IMG/VR virus record: IMGVR_UViG_3300046522_000750 | Source: a virus | Lineage: Duplodnaviria > Heunggongvirae > Uroviricota > Caudoviricetes | Reading direction: 5' to 3' (one strand) | DNA: 64,000 nt | Shown here: piece after piece, positions 63,741 to 64,000 of the stretch | Position numbering within the stretch: position 1 is the first letter of the stretch | Layout: each line of letters starts with the position of its first letter | Position numbers and translations under genes: made by a program | The notes under the pieces: generated by a model | Seen by the model: only the letters and a program-made list of their open reading frames with translations | Databases searched by the model: none | What the model was told of the DNA's origin: nothing

Positions 63741-63862
63741 GATTTCCTCGGCTGCAGGGTACACGCTGCTATGCCATGTCTACTCACCCTTCATGGGTGA
63801 ATGCTGTACGGCCTGCTGAGTCGCTATCAGGCCTCTATAGGCATGAATTATACCGATTAACG

Positions 63863-63879
63863 GTATTCTGTCAATATAC
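63863..63879. promoter_or_regulatory. GTAT-N9-ATAC operator box upstream of the PapB-like regulator
   Basis: GTATtctgtcaatATAC. Confidence 0.65.
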
Positions 63880-64000
63880 TAGATACTACTTATCGCGTTT
63901 TGCACTTAACCGAATAACCACTTTCTCCCAGGCAACAAAAAAGGCTTTCTGGGAAAGCCTTTCTTTTTAAGCCAGAACCAGCAGGTGACTGCGCACCTAA

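Overview
This 64-kb window looks like the start of a large Pseudomonas-type plasmid (megaplasmid). The host assignment is inferred from the MvaT- and AmrZ-like regulators. No phage structural genes, conjugation genes, IS/integrase or CRISPR array are recognisable. In order it holds: an iteron array with a TrfA-like replication initiator (1-2.2 kb); a HipB/HipA-type toxin-antitoxin pair with four operators; a MoxR-like AAA+ ATPase with a zincin-vWA partner; an orphan Panacea antitoxin; and a minus-strand tRNA operon. That operon has Arg-TCT, Gly-TCC and Arg-CCT plus two non-canonical tRNA-like RNAs, one with a 30-nt insert in the anticodon arm and one with no anticodon arm. From about 16 to 64 kb there is a dense array of roughly 90 small, mostly hypothetical genes in short operons, many of them paralogous. 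The main unexplained structure is a repeated promoter code in front of these operons: (i) a GTAT-N9-ATAC palindrome over the sigma70 -10 element (23 exact copies found by eye, about 0.6 expected by chance); (ii) a perfect 19-bp palindrome AGGTCAGTT-W-AACTGACCT filling the -35/-10 spacer of four promoters at 56.9-60.3 kb; (iii) an upstream TTTGCA-N6-TGCAAA box placed about 46 or about 57 bp before the -10. Together these suggest an undescribed multi-layer plasmid regulon of establishment or host-manipulation genes. Family calls come from motif recognition only; no database searches were run.
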